The notes: a model not told the origin generated them from the letters alone. Positions 12,447 through 21,952 are shown, counted from the first letter of the stretch. The stretch: DNA of 64,000 nt from an uncultured Planctomycetia bacterium (GCA_964629655.1 CAZVQU010000001.1:548056-612055), one strand, 5' to 3'. Numbers and translations: made by a program.

Positions 12447-13781
12447 TTATAAGTTCTTAATTTCCTGTGTAAGGGTGTTAACAGCTAATTTTAACTTAAC
12501 ATTCGCTTTTAAATCTTGGCGGATCTTCTTGCATGCGTAAAGAATAGTTGTATGGTGCTTAGCCCCGAAGAAGCCACCGATTTCAGGTAATGATAATTCC
12601 GTTAGCTCTCGGATTAGGTACATTGCTATTTGACGCGGCATAACCAGGGCCTTGTTTCTTTTCTTTTTCTTCAACTCCTCTCTGGATATCCCAAAGTGGT
12701 CCCCGACCCTAGATAAAATAGTCTCAGGGGTTATCCGCCGGTAGATCTCTTTTACCATATCTTTTAGAATATCTTTTGCTAGCTCTAAGCTAATCGGCTT
12801 ATTCTCTATAAGCGAGTAAGCAATGATCCTGACCAAGGCCCCCTCTAGCTCCCGGATGTTAGTGGTAATGTTTTCAGCAATAAAGTGAATAACGTCAGAG
12901 TCTATTTTGATTGGGTCCTTTTCCAGCTTCTTCTGTAAGATTGCCACCCTAGTTTCAAAGTCAGGAAGCTGGATGTCCACCACCAGACCCCAATTAAACC
13001 GGGAAGCCAGCCTTTCTTCAAGCTTAGCAATCTCTTTTGGCGGTTTATCCGAGGAGACGATAATCTGCTTATGGTGGTCGTATAAGACATTAAAGGTATG
13101 GAAAAATTCTTCTTGAGCAGCTTCCTTACCGGCAAGGAATTGGACATCGTCTATTAAGAGCACATCAATCTCTCTATACTTCTGGCGGAATTTTTCAGTG
13201 GAACGGTTGCGAATGGAAAAAATAAGTTCGTTAGTAAACTTTTCTGAGGAGGTGTACTTTACTTTCACTTGCTGGCCGCGAGAAAGAATCTGGTGAGCGA
13301 TTGCCTGCATAAGGTGGGTTTTGCCTAACCCCACTCCTCCATAAATAAAAAGAGGGTTGTACGATTTTCCGGGAGCGTTGGAGACAGCCAAAGAAGCAGC
13401 ATGGGCCATTCGGTTAGAAGCGCCCTCAATAAAATTATCAAAAGTAAAGCGAGGGTTCAGGCGCAGAGAGTCTTGGGGCTCTTCGCGGAAACTCTTTTGG
13501 ATTGTTTTAAAAACTTTGTTAGCTTTTCTTTTTAAGAGACTAGGGTTTACATCAAAGATAACTTCGAAGTCTCTCTGGGTAACGTCATTTAAGGCTTGCT
13601 TTATCTGAGGAAGGTGGCGGCTTTCAACCCAGTTTTTAAAAAAACTATCCGGTGCCTCCAGGACCAAAGATGAGTGGCTTATCTTTTTTAGGTTCAAGGG
13701 TGCGATCCAAGTATCGAAGGAGGTGTCACCTAAGATATTCTTAAGTTTCTCTTTGCAGGTTTGCCAAATTTGTTCTGCCAT
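12447..13781 (-). CDS. dnaA: chromosomal replication initiator DnaA
   Basis: 444 aa with Walker A GGVGLGKTHL, AAA+ motifs and a C-terminal DnaA-box-binding HTH. Confidence 0.95.
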   Translation of the reverse strand: MAEQIWQTCKEKLKNILGDTSFDTWIAPLNLKKISHSSLVLEAPDSFFKNWVESRHLPQIKQALNDVTQRDFEVIFDVNPSLLKRKANKVFKTIQKSFREEPQDSLRLNPRFTFDNFIEGASNRMAHAASLAVSNAPGKSYNPLFIYGGVGLGKTHLMQAIAHQILSRGQQVKVKYTSSEKFTNELIFSIRNRSTEKFRQKYREIDVLLIDDVQFLAGKEAAQEEFFHTFNVLYDHHKQIIVSSDKPPKEIAKLEERLASRFNWGLVVDIQLPDFETRVAILQKKLEKDPIKIDSDVIHFIAENITTNIRELEGALVRIIAYSLIENKPISLELAKDILKDMVKEIYRRITPETILSRVGDHFGISREELKKKKRNKALVMPRQIAMYLIRELTELSLPEIGGFFGAKHHTTILYACKKIRQDLKANVKLKLAVNTLTQEIKNL

Positions 13782-13791
13782 TTTAAAGCTG

Positions 13792-13819
13792 AGTTCACAA
13801 AATTCACAACTTATTCACA
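13792..13819. promoter_or_regulatory. cluster of three tandem DnaA-box-like 9-mers upstream of dnaA (oriC / dnaA promoter region)
   Basis: AGTTCACAA, AATTCACAA and TTATTCACA lie head-to-tail (the last has one mismatch to TTATCCACA). The region is AT-rich between the divergent dnaA and rpmH genes. Confidence 0.5.
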
Positions 13820-13915
13820 CTTGACCAGCGAGGCGAAAATAATTATACCGCAATAAAACTTCTTTGCAACATTTTTATAGTTGACACAAGGCCAATATAT
13901 GCTAAAATTTCACCT

Positions 13916-14053
13916 ATGAAAAAGAACTTAAAGACACCAACCAAGATAAAAGCCAAAAAAAAGAGAGGTTTTCGTGCCCGCAAGGCTACTGCCGGCGGCA
14001 GAAAAATCCTAAAGCGGAGAATGAAAAAGGGGCGGAAAAGGCTTACTATATGA
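13916..14053 (+). CDS. rpmH: 50S ribosomal protein L34
   Basis: 45 aa, MKKNLKTPTKIKAKKKRGFRARKATAGGRKILKRRMKKGRKRLTI, a near-canonical L34. It is below the ORF-track length cutoff. A TTGACA-17-TATGCT promoter precedes it. Confidence 0.85.
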   Translation: MKKNLKTPTKIKAKKKRGFRARKATAGGRKILKRRMKKGRKRLTI

Positions 14054-14256
14054 GGAGAGTAGCCCTTTTTCTTGTAGGGATATATCGCTTTGTTTCAAAG
14101 GGTTTCCCAGGCCACTGCGTTTATCTTCCAACTTGTTCAGAATATGCCCAGGAAGCTTTCTCAAAACACTCTTTTTTTAAGGCCTCAAAGCTTACCCTTT
14201 GTCGCATCCTCCGATGCAATCCTCTTATGAAAGGGGGGTTTGACCCTGTAAAGTAA
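14050..14256 (+). CDS. yidD: membrane protein insertion efficiency factor YidD
   Basis: 68 aa with YRF.S......C.Y.P.CS.Y..EA, typical of YidD. Its start overlaps the rpmH stop as ATGA. Confidence 0.85.
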   Translation: MRRVALFLVGIYRFVSKGFPGHCVYLPTCSEYAQEAFSKHSFFKASKLTLCRILRCNPLMKGGFDPVK

Positions 14257-14257
14257 T

Positions 14258-15709
14258 ATGGAAAAACGACTTTTTTTAGCATTTTCTATAACCCTTGTTT
14301 TTTTTATTGTTTATTCGCAGCTTGTTGCTAAGTTTGTTCCGCAACCTGTTCCGGTTCAAGGTGATAGCAAAGAACAAGGGGGACCGATGGGGTCCGGCCA
14401 GCTTCCCCCAGAGATTTCTCGAGACACCTCTCCTCTAGCTCTCGAAGAGAAGGAAGAGCTTGTAGATTTGCCACAAGCTTTTATAGGTAATTTTATTGTA
14501 ACATACTCTCCTGTAGGAGGTTACATAAAAAAAATTGCTATAGGCAATGAGGAATATGAGCTTCCTTTTCAAAATATAGGTTTTTTGCCCGAAGACCGCG
14601 ACAAGCAATTTACTCCTAATCTTGGAGATCGGAGTATTAAATTCAAAGGGCCAAGGGGCCAGAAAAAGGAATTCATCTTCAAGGATTACACCATGGAAAT
14701 AAGGCTTGACCCTCCTCCGGCAACGCCGCTAGTTTTATTCTCTAACTATTTGAGCTCCAGTATGTTAGACCAAAGATACCAAGAGATTTTCTACTCCCAA
14801 AATAGGGATTTGAAGAGAGCCTCGCCAAGAAAAATAAAGGATGATACCTATAATAATATAGAATTTGCCGGGGCCAGAGACAGATACCATTGTTTTTCTT
14901 TGCTTAAAGGAGCTTATGACTTAAGGTGGGTGAATGAGGACAAGAAAAGAATCCATCTGTACCTGTCTTCCCCTGGTGAGCAGACTTTCGTTTATATAGG
15001 TCCGCAAGTGGAAAAAGAGCTAGAACATTTTGGCCTGCAAGGGATTATGTACTATGGGTTCTTCCATGGCATAGCTGTGGTAATGATAAAACTTCTCTAT
15101 CTTTTGTACGGGCTGGTTAAGAACTGGGGTTGGAGTATTGTTTTGTTCTCGGCTTCAGTCTCTCTAATCCTCTTCCCGTTTACCTCCAAAAGTAGTAAGG
15201 CAATGCGGAAGATGCAGCAAATTCAACCCGAAATCGAGGAGTTAAAGACAAAGTACAAGGAAAATCCTCAAAAGCTCCAGAAAGAGACCATCGAGCTATA
15301 TCGCAAATACAAGATAAACCCTTTAGGGGGATGCTTGCCCTTATTGTTCCAAATTCCAGTAATTATGGCTTTTTATCAGGTTGTCTACCGGTTTGTAGAG
15401 CTTAAAGGGGCAAGTTTCTTGTGGATCAAGGATCTTTCTTCTCCAGACCGATTTGCAGCGCTGCCTTTTCCAGCCCCTGTAAATTATTTGAATCTCCTCC
15501 CTATTTTGCTGATGTGTATGGGAATTCTTCAGCAAAAAATAACCACCTCTTCCTCTACAGCTTCACAACAGAAAACTATGGGCTTATTCTTTGCTGTGTT
15601 TATCGGAGTTATCTTTTATGGATTTCCTGCAGCCCTAACTCTTTACTGGCTTATCCAGAACATATTTACCTTAACTTATCAAACACGCCTATCCCGGGCT
15701 CAAGCCTAA
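14258..15709 (+). CDS. yidC: membrane protein insertase YidC
   Basis: 483 aa with an N-terminal TM, a periplasmic domain and the conserved C-terminal 5-TM YidC/Oxa1 core (...LPLLFQIPV...). Confidence 0.9.
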   Translation: MEKRLFLAFSITLVFFIVYSQLVAKFVPQPVPVQGDSKEQGGPMGSGQLPPEISRDTSPLALEEKEELVDLPQAFIGNFIVTYSPVGGYIKKIAIGNEEYELPFQNIGFLPEDRDKQFTPNLGDRSIKFKGPRGQKKEFIFKDYTMEIRLDPPPATPLVLFSNYLSSSMLDQRYQEIFYSQNRDLKRASPRKIKDDTYNNIEFAGARDRYHCFSLLKGAYDLRWVNEDKKRIHLYLSSPGEQTFVYIGPQVEKELEHFGLQGIMYYGFFHGIAVVMIKLLYLLYGLVKNWGWSIVLFSASVSLILFPFTSKSSKAMRKMQQIQPEIEELKTKYKENPQKLQKETIELYRKYKINPLGGCLPLLFQIPVIMAFYQVVYRFVELKGASFLWIKDLSSPDRFAALPFPAPVNYLNLLPILLMCMGILQQKITTSSSTASQQKTMGLFFAVFIGVIFYGFPAALTLYWLIQNIFTLTYQTRLSRAQA

Positions 15710-15756
15710 GGTATTCCTTTATATCCGCTAACCTGTTTTTACTCGTAACGGTCTGC

Positions 15757-15950
15757 GTTTCCACGTGAAAACGCAAAAAAGTGTGATAATACCTCACTTT
15801 GTCAGAGGTGGCAAATTAGGCAATGCCGTTTCCACGTGAAAACCCAACAATGCAGGCGATACCGTTTTCACGTGAAAACGCGAAAAAGCTCGATAATACC
15901 GCACTTTACAAGGGGTGGCAAATTAATCTCTGCCGTTTCCACGTGAAAAC
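15757..15950. repeat. two tandem ~107-bp direct repeats carrying four parS-like palindromes (GTTTYCACGTGAAAAC)
   Basis: Palindromes lie at 15757-15772, 15828-15843, 15864-15879 (perfect GTTTTCACGTGAAAAC) and 15935-15950. Spacing is 71/36/71 bp, with a conserved gataatacc.cacttt...ggtggcaaatta element in each unit. They sit directly upstream of parAB. Canonical parS is TGTTTCACGTGAAACA. Confidence 0.6.
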
Positions 15951-15960
15951 GCGAAAAAGC

Positions 15961-15989
15961 TTGACATTGCCACGCTTTCTATTAAAATG
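15961..15989 (+). promoter_or_regulatory. candidate sigma70-type promoter for parA (TTGACA-17-TAAAAT)
   Basis: TTGACA at 15961-15966 and TAAAAT at 15984-15989. It abuts the annotated ATG, so the true parA start may be the second Met (MGKVIGI..., 15996). Confidence 0.4.
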
Positions 15990-16787
15990 AACAATATGGG
16001 CAAGGTGATTGGTATTTGCAATCAAAAAGGCGGAACTGGCAAGACGACCACAGCCATTAATCTAAGCTCAATTTTGGGCCTAGCCGAGAAAAAGACCTTG
16101 CTTATAGATATGGATCCCCAGGGTAATGCTACTTCAGGGGTTGGGTTTAATAGCCAAGAGAAAAACTCAATTTATGATGTAATTATGGACAAGGCCAACT
16201 TGTCCGAAAGTATTTACCCCACTCAGTGGCCCAATCTGCATATTATTCCTTCGGACATTTCTCTTACTGGTGGAGAAATCGAGCTAGTCAATATTGAAAA
16301 TAGAGAGTTACGGCTAAGAGATAAGATCGAGGCCATAAAAGATGACTTTTCCTATATTATTATCGATGCGCCACCGTCTTTAAGTTTGCTTGCAGTAAAC
16401 GTTTTGGCTGCTTCTGACAGTTTGATTATCCCAATCCAATGTGAATACTATGCTTTGGAGGGAGTTTCTAAATTAGTTAATACCATAGAATTAGTCCGTG
16501 AAAGGATGAGTCCTTCTTTAGATATTGAAGGGGTGCTTCTTACCATGGGGGATTTCCGTACTCGTCTTACCTTACAAGTAATAGAGGAGGTACGAAATTT
16601 TTTCCAGAAGAAAACATTTAATATTATTGTGCCTCGGAACATCAGGCTTGCTGAGGCGCCTAGCTTTGGTAAACCAATATGCTTTTATGATCCAGCTTGC
16701 GTAGGCAACAAGGCCTACTTGAATTTAGCCCAGGAAGTATTAAAGGAAAAAATAGAAATTAATCAATTAGCAAAGACAAGGAGTTAA
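15987..16787 (+). CDS. parA: chromosome partitioning ATPase ParA/Soj
   Basis: Deviant Walker A KGGTGKTT, of the MinD/ParA family. 266 aa. Confidence 0.9.
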   Translation: MNNMGKVIGICNQKGGTGKTTTAINLSSILGLAEKKTLLIDMDPQGNATSGVGFNSQEKNSIYDVIMDKANLSESIYPTQWPNLHIIPSDISLTGGEIELVNIENRELRLRDKIEAIKDDFSYIIIDAPPSLSLLAVNVLAASDSLIIPIQCEYYALEGVSKLVNTIELVRERMSPSLDIEGVLLTMGDFRTRLTLQVIEEVRNFFQKKTFNIIVPRNIRLAEAPSFGKPICFYDPACVGNKAYLNLAQEVLKEKIEINQLAKTRS

Positions 16788-16788
16788 A

Positions 16789-17616
16789 ATGGAGAGAAAG
16801 GTTTTGGGCAGGGGGCTAGACGCGCTTATCCCTAAGAAGACAGCGGCGATGCTACCGCGAGAGTTCAGTTATTTACCGGTGAGCAAGGTAAGGCCAGCTA
16901 AGCGCCAACCTCGGCAAGAAGTAAGCAAGAAGGAATTAGGAGAGCTAACTCGGTCGATTAAAGAGAAGGGGTTTATCCAGCCGATTGTAGTAAGGCAAGT
17001 CAGTGGTGGAACCTATGAAATTGTGGCTGGAGAGAGAAGGTATCAGGCTGCTAAGTCATTGGGGCTCAAGGAGATACCAACAATTATTAAAGAGCTAGAT
17101 GATAAGGATGCCTTTATTTTGGCAATCGTTGAGAACCTCCAGCGTCAGGATTTAAATCCAATAGAAGAAGCCCAAGCCTTTAAGCGGCTGTTTGAAGAGT
17201 TTAAATTTTCCTTAGAGGACATTGCTCAATTTGTTAGTAAAGACAAGACCACGGTAGTTAACACCTTGCGGTTGCTCAGGCTGCCTGATAAGATAAAGCA
17301 AGCTTTGCAGGAGGGGGTAATCACTCGGACTCAGGCCCGGACAATCTTAGGGGTGGAAAAACTCCAAGCCCAAGAAAAGCTATTCCACCAAATTCTAAGA
17401 GATGGTCTCTCAGTTAGAGAGATAGAAAAAAAAGTTCGGCTGGTATCAAAGAAGAAGAGAAAAGCAGATCCTTTTATCATTGAAGTAGAGGAGAGGTTTC
17501 AAAAATTACTGGGGACCAAAGTTAAGGTCTTTAACAAAAGGAATAATCGTGGTAGAATTGTTGTCGAATATTATTCCCTGGAGGACTTAGAGAGAATCAT
17601 TAAGAGACTGGGGTAA
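16789..17616 (+). CDS. parB: chromosome partitioning protein ParB/Spo0J
   Basis: 275 aa with the ParB N-terminal box (GERRYQAAK) and an HTH. It lies immediately downstream of parA. Confidence 0.9.
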   Translation: MERKVLGRGLDALIPKKTAAMLPREFSYLPVSKVRPAKRQPRQEVSKKELGELTRSIKEKGFIQPIVVRQVSGGTYEIVAGERRYQAAKSLGLKEIPTIIKELDDKDAFILAIVENLQRQDLNPIEEAQAFKRLFEEFKFSLEDIAQFVSKDKTTVVNTLRLLRLPDKIKQALQEGVITRTQARTILGVEKLQAQEKLFHQILRDGLSVREIEKKVRLVSKKKRKADPFIIEVEERFQKLLGTKVKVFNKRNNRGRIVVEYYSLEDLERIIKRLG

Positions 17617-17652
17617 AATCTCGTAAGTTTTTAGAAGGAGGTTTGTAAGCGA

Positions 17653-18159
17653 ATGGAAAACGAAGCTACCTTAGTTATTATTAAACCCGATGGGCTGAAA
17701 AAATCCCTTACCGGGAATATCTTAAGTAGGCTTTCTGAGGGTAAGTTGAAAATAATCGGAGCCAAAGTAATAAAAGTAGATATTAAGTTAGCCCATGAAC
17801 ACTATCACCATCTTCAGAAAGAACCGTTTTATCCGGAATTAACCAAATATATTACCGGCCAGCTTCACGGCGAGAACAGGGTTATGGCCCTTGTCTATTG
17901 GGGTGAGGATGCTATAAAAAAAGTTAGAGCTATAGCCGGCGAGACTAATCCTGAGCAAGCCGATCCGATAAGTATAAGGGGTGCCTACGGAAGGATTCTA
18001 ACAACTGGTTTGTTTGAGAATGCAATTCATGCCTCAAGCAGCATCGAGGAAGCTGAGAGGGAGATAAAACTTTGGTTTGAGCCAGATGAGATTGTTTATG
18101 CGCTTTATCCCTCAAAAAAAGTAGCCGAAGGAAATGGCAAAAAGGAGATTTGGGCATGA
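17653..18159 (+). CDS. ndk: nucleoside diphosphate kinase
   Basis: Starts TLVIIKPDG... The NDK active-site His region is present. 168 aa, with a C-terminal extension. Confidence 0.8.
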   Translation: MENEATLVIIKPDGLKKSLTGNILSRLSEGKLKIIGAKVIKVDIKLAHEHYHHLQKEPFYPELTKYITGQLHGENRVMALVYWGEDAIKKVRAIAGETNPEQADPISIRGAYGRILTTGLFENAIHASSSIEEAEREIKLWFEPDEIVYALYPSKKVAEGNGKKEIWA

Positions 18160-18938
18160 GATCAATGACTGCTTATGCTTCTGCCCAAAGAAGCAGAGGG
18201 CTTCAAACTGTTCAGGTAATTCTGCGCTCCCTAAATTTTAAATATCTGGATGTCTGCATTCATAACTTACCAGTTGAGGATATCTTGGTAGAGGAGAAGG
18301 TTAAACGAGAGATTAAAAAGAAGGTTCATCGCGGGAAGGTTGAAGTTTTTATCTTCTCAGCTAAACCACAGTCTAAGAAAATATATGTTGATGAAAGGGT
18401 AGTTTCCGGTTATATCTCCCAGATAAAAGCTTTAGGGAAAAAGCATAGTTTAAAGGCGGAGATAAACATAAGTGATATTTTGAGCTTGCCTCAAGCAATA
18501 TCTTGGAGACACAGAGGCAAGATTGATGAAGGGTTGATGCTGCCGGTGATAGATGAAGCCCTGAGCAGGTTCGTAAGATTTAAAGAAAAAGAAGGCCGGG
18601 CTATAAAGAATGAGATCAAAGATAACCTTGCCAAGCTAAAGAGTAATGTAGAGAAGATCAAAAAACAGAAACCCAAGGTTAGTAAGATCGAAAATGGGAA
18701 AGAGGATATCGACGAAGAGCTTTCTCTGACATTATTTTACATAAGCAAAATAGAGAATAAGATTAACTCTAAAAAATGGACACCTCAGGGGAGGGCAATA
18801 GATTTTTTAACCCAAGAGATTTTAAGAGAGCTGAGCGCTGCTGCCAGCAAAACCAAAAAGAAAAACTTAGCCTTATTGATAATTGAAGGGAAGAATTATC
18901 TGGAAAGAATAAAAGAACAGGCGCAGAATATAGAATGA
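18150..18938 (+). CDS. yicC: YicC-family protein
   Basis: N-terminal (M)RSMTAYA... and a C-terminal DUF1732-like region. The gene order yicC-gmk-rpoZ is conserved. Confidence 0.7.
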   Translation: MGMRSMTAYASAQRSRGLQTVQVILRSLNFKYLDVCIHNLPVEDILVEEKVKREIKKKVHRGKVEVFIFSAKPQSKKIYVDERVVSGYISQIKALGKKHSLKAEINISDILSLPQAISWRHRGKIDEGLMLPVIDEALSRFVRFKEKEGRAIKNEIKDNLAKLKSNVEKIKKQKPKVSKIENGKEDIDEELSLTLFYISKIENKINSKKWTPQGRAIDFLTQEILRELSAAASKTKKKNLALLIIEGKNYLERIKEQAQNIE

Positions 18939-19507
18939 AAAATCCAGCAGTTTTTGTTATTTCGGGACCAGGAGGGGCAGGCAAGACTACTATTGTTGAG
19001 AAACTATTCTTATGCGAGAAGATAAAAAAAGATTTCATAAAAGGAATAACAATCACCACTCGAAAGAGGCGGCCTCAGGAAAAAGAGGGTAAGGATTATT
19101 TCTTTATTGAGAAGGAAGAGTTCTTAAGATTAAAGAAGAGGAAGTTTTTTCTCGAAAGCCAGGAGGTTTTAGAGAACCACTATGGGACGCCAAAGATTCT
19201 TTATGCTTTAGCCAAAAGGGAAGGCAAAAGCCTTGTTTTGTGTATCGACGTTAAGGGGGGGATGTGTCTTAAAAAAGACCCAAAGGTTAAGAAGGTAACT
19301 ACCATTTTTCTTGTTGCTCCATCAGAAAAAGAGCTTTACCGGCGGATGAAAAAGAGGGACGAGAAAAAAGGGGTAATCCAAAAAAGAGTGAAGCTTGCAA
19401 AAAAAGAGTTGCAATTTTCCAAGCTCTACGATTACCTAGTAACAAATCGGAATATAAAAGATACCCTAAAGGAATTAGAAGGAATTATTCTCAACGCAAG
19501 CAACTAG
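18935..19507 (+). CDS. gmk: guanylate kinase
   Basis: P-loop GPGGAGKTT. 190 aa. Confidence 0.9.
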   Translation: MKNPAVFVISGPGGAGKTTIVEKLFLCEKIKKDFIKGITITTRKRRPQEKEGKDYFFIEKEEFLRLKKRKFFLESQEVLENHYGTPKILYALAKREGKSLVLCIDVKGGMCLKKDPKVKKVTTIFLVAPSEKELYRRMKKRDEKKGVIQKRVKLAKKELQFSKLYDYLVTNRNIKDTLKELEGIILNASN

Positions 19508-19542
19508 ATTATATTTAACACGATTAATTTTCGGAGGTTAAA

Positions 19543-19746
19543 ATGTACGAAGTAAATATTCCTTTAGAGAAACTTTTAGAAGCAAGTGAGGGTTCTATTT
19601 ACAAGATAACTATTTTAGCTGCGAAACGAGCAATTACTTTAACCGATGGGGAGAAACCTTTGGTCGAGAAACCTGGTGAGAAGGTTTTGGATAATGCTAT
19701 AAGGGAAATCAAGAGCGGAAAGATAAAGGTGAAAAGTAAAAAATAG
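19543..19746 (+). CDS. rpoZ: DNA-directed RNA polymerase subunit omega
   Basis: 67 aa containing ...KITILAAKRA..., the conserved omega-subunit motif. It lies downstream of gmk. Confidence 0.8.
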   Translation: MYEVNIPLEKLLEASEGSIYKITILAAKRAITLTDGEKPLVEKPGEKVLDNAIREIKSGKIKVKSKK

Positions 19747-19798
19747 CTGTCTTCGGGAATCTTTAAAGAAGAAAAGTAAAGAAATGATATCAAACAGT

Positions 19799-19873
19799 GG
19801 CGTGGTAGCCAAGTGGTAAGGCAGCGGTCTGCAAAACCGCTACGCGCCGGTTCAAATCCGGCCCACGCCTCCA
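19799..19873 (+). tRNA. tRNA-Cys (GCA)
   Basis: Cloverleaf with acceptor GGCGTGG / CCACGCC, anticodon loop CUGCAAA, T-loop GGTTCAAATCC. CCA is encoded. Confidence 0.85.
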
Positions 19874-19900
19874 AAATAAAAATCGTAAGCAATAAAATAT

Positions 19901-19986
19901 GCCGGGGTGTTGGAATTGGCAGACAACACAGACTTAAAATCTGTTGTTCCGTAAGGAACGTGCGGGTTCGAGTCCCGCCTCCGGCA
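19901..19986 (+). tRNA. tRNA-Leu (TAA), type II long variable arm
   Basis: Acceptor GCCGGGG / CTCCGGC, anticodon loop CUUAAAA, long variable arm, T-loop GGTTCGAGTCC. Confidence 0.85.
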
Positions 19987-20002
19987 TATTTTTATTTAGA
20001 GC

Positions 20003-20076
20003 GGGCGATTAGCTCAGTTGGCTAGAGTACTTCCTTGACATGGAAGGGGTCACAGGTTCAAGTCCTGTATCGCCCA
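20003..20076 (+). tRNA. tRNA-Val (GAC)
   Basis: Acceptor GGGCGAT / ATCGCCC, D-arm TAGCTCAGTTGG, anticodon loop UUGACAU, T-loop GGTTCAAGTCC. Confidence 0.85.
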
Positions 20077-20161
20077 TGGTTTTATATTATTTAGTGGAGG
20101 AAGAGGCACCAAAAGTTTATTTGACAGCACAAGAAAAGTTATCTATAATCTTACATCTGTC

Positions 20162-20240
20162 GGGGTTGTCGATTAGCCTGGCTTAAGTCCCCTGCCTGTC
20201 ACGCAGGTGATCGTGGGTTCAAATCCCATCGACCCCGCCA
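20162..20240 (+). tRNA. tRNA-Asp (GTC)
   Basis: Acceptor GGGGTTG / CGACCCC, anticodon stem-loop CCTGC-CTGTCAC-GCAGG, T-loop GGGTTCAAATCCC, CCA encoded. The D-loop is slightly long. Confidence 0.75.
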
Positions 20241-21911
20241 TTGAAACCAATTCGAACTCTTGTTCTTCTCATCGAGAAGGGCAAGAGTTTTTGCTTTTAT
20301 ATGGGCCAGATAATAAGGCTTAAACTTCCCTTCCTGAGCATTAACCACCGAATAGAAGTCATTATCAGAATCCAACACAGGCTCAAGTGCTATCGGGGAT
20401 AGGAGCTCTTTTAAGGCAAGCCCTGCAGAGGTGGCATTCTTGCTAAGGGTTTCACGTAAACGTCTTAAACGGTGTCTTATCCATTCTGCAGGAGGGGATT
20501 TAAAGGTGTTCTGCTTCTGGAATTCTAGAGATTTTATCTCTTCTGTTAACAACTCAAATCTCGATTCACAGTGCTTTAATGCCTCGGATACGGCCTTTGA
20601 AAAGTTACCTAACTTAATGTAATTAAGGTAGTTTTGCATCTCCAAAGAAAGCTTATCATATTGGGCTCTTTTCTTTTTAGTAGTCTCAGGGTTGGTGTTT
20701 AATCTTTTTGCTATTTCGGTTTCTAGATTCTTGTAAATGTAGCTTACATTATCGGGAGTTAAGATCTTTTCTTGCAATGCAGCGAGGATGATTTTTTCTA
20801 TGCGTTTACGGGATACCAGTAATTTATTAGTACAGGTTTTACGCCGAAAATTATAACAACCGTAGTAACCGCCGCCTTTTCCGCTGACAAGAACAATTGG
20901 CCCGTTACAACAGTGGCATTTCATGGTTCTTGAAAAAAGATGAGTTGGGGCACAATGGACATAACTTCTTTGTTTTTGGCCGCTCGCTCTTGCCTTTTGA
21001 GATAGAGGATAGGCGCCTACCATTTTGGACCATCTTTCTTGGGTTTTATTCCAAACATCCTGCTCAATAATTATTAAATCTTTTCTGGGTGTGGATAAAT
21101 GTTCTTTTTCGGGGCGTGAAACAATTTTCTTTTTTCCGGTTAAAGGATCTCTTACAGTTTTGGTTGTTTTCCATATCCATATACCGATATACTTTTTGTT
21201 CTGTAAGATTCTACGTAAACTGGAAATATTCCAACCGCCGGAAAGGCCGCGTTTAGTAGGGATTTTGCCCTCATTGAGGGCTGCCGCTATTTTCCGTAAG
21301 CTTTTACCTCTGGAGAATTCAGTGAATATTCTTTTTACTATATCGGCTTGCTCAGGATTTATTTTATGAACCATCCCATCATGTTTTGCTTCGCCTCTTT
21401 TACCAACCCTTAGCTCGCCGACCGGTTCGGTAAAATAACCAAATACATTCTCGCCTACACTAAAGCCGCGGATTTTCTGGCCTTCTAGTCCACGCATAGT
21501 TTTCTTTTTGAGGTCATCAAGATAAAGCTCATTCATTAGCCCGCGCAGATGAATGCCTAATTTTGAATTATCGTCATCAGTAGAAATACCGTCGGAAACA
21601 GAAGTAATCTTTATCTGCAGATAGTTGAATTTTAGAACCAAAGTTAACATCTGATGGTTGCTTCGCGATATCCGAGATAAGTCGTCTACAATTACAGTAT
21701 CAAATTCTTTATTCTCAGCAGCTTTCTCCAAAGCCTGCAACCCGGGCCGGTCAACAATAGAACCCGAGATTGCCTCATCAATGTAGATATGCTCATCTTC
21801 CACAAGAAAGTTATTTTTGCTGGCATAGTCTTTGCATACGCGTATTTGATCGTCAATACTCCTAGCGCTTTGGTTTTCAGAGGAGTAGCGGGCATATATG
21901 GCAACTTTCAT
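20199..21911 (-). mobile_element. large serine recombinase (resolvase catalytic domain + recombinase domain + zinc-ribbon/coiled-coil); its 3' end overlaps the tRNA-Asp 3' end
   Basis: 570 aa. The N-terminus MKVAIYARYSSENQ...DDQ is the serine-recombinase catalytic motif. A C-terminal Cys cluster (C..C..CYNFRRKTC) follows. The last ~14 codons are encoded inside tRNA-Asp on the opposite strand. Confidence 0.85.
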
Positions 21912-21952
21912 TTTTGGCCTCTCAATGACTCCGTCAACGGCGGAGGGATTGA

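Noticed and set aside
15739-15990. Possible CRISPR array, because of regularly spaced short repeats
   Set aside because: There are only two long (~107 bp) units with internal palindromes. The 'spacers' between units are themselves conserved. No cas genes. Palindromic CACGTG cores are typical of parS or operator sites, not CRISPR repeats.
19599-20025. ORFs 19599-19892 (minus) and 19813-20025 (plus)
   Set aside because: They overlap rpoZ and the tRNA-Cys/Leu/Val genes. Their translations contain tRNA-derived sequence and have no coding signal.
20162-20240. tmRNA or other structured RNA instead of tRNA-Asp (element is 79 nt, slightly long)
   Set aside because: It folds as a canonical cloverleaf with a GTC anticodon, an encoded CCA and a standard T-loop. 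The extra length is in the D-loop.
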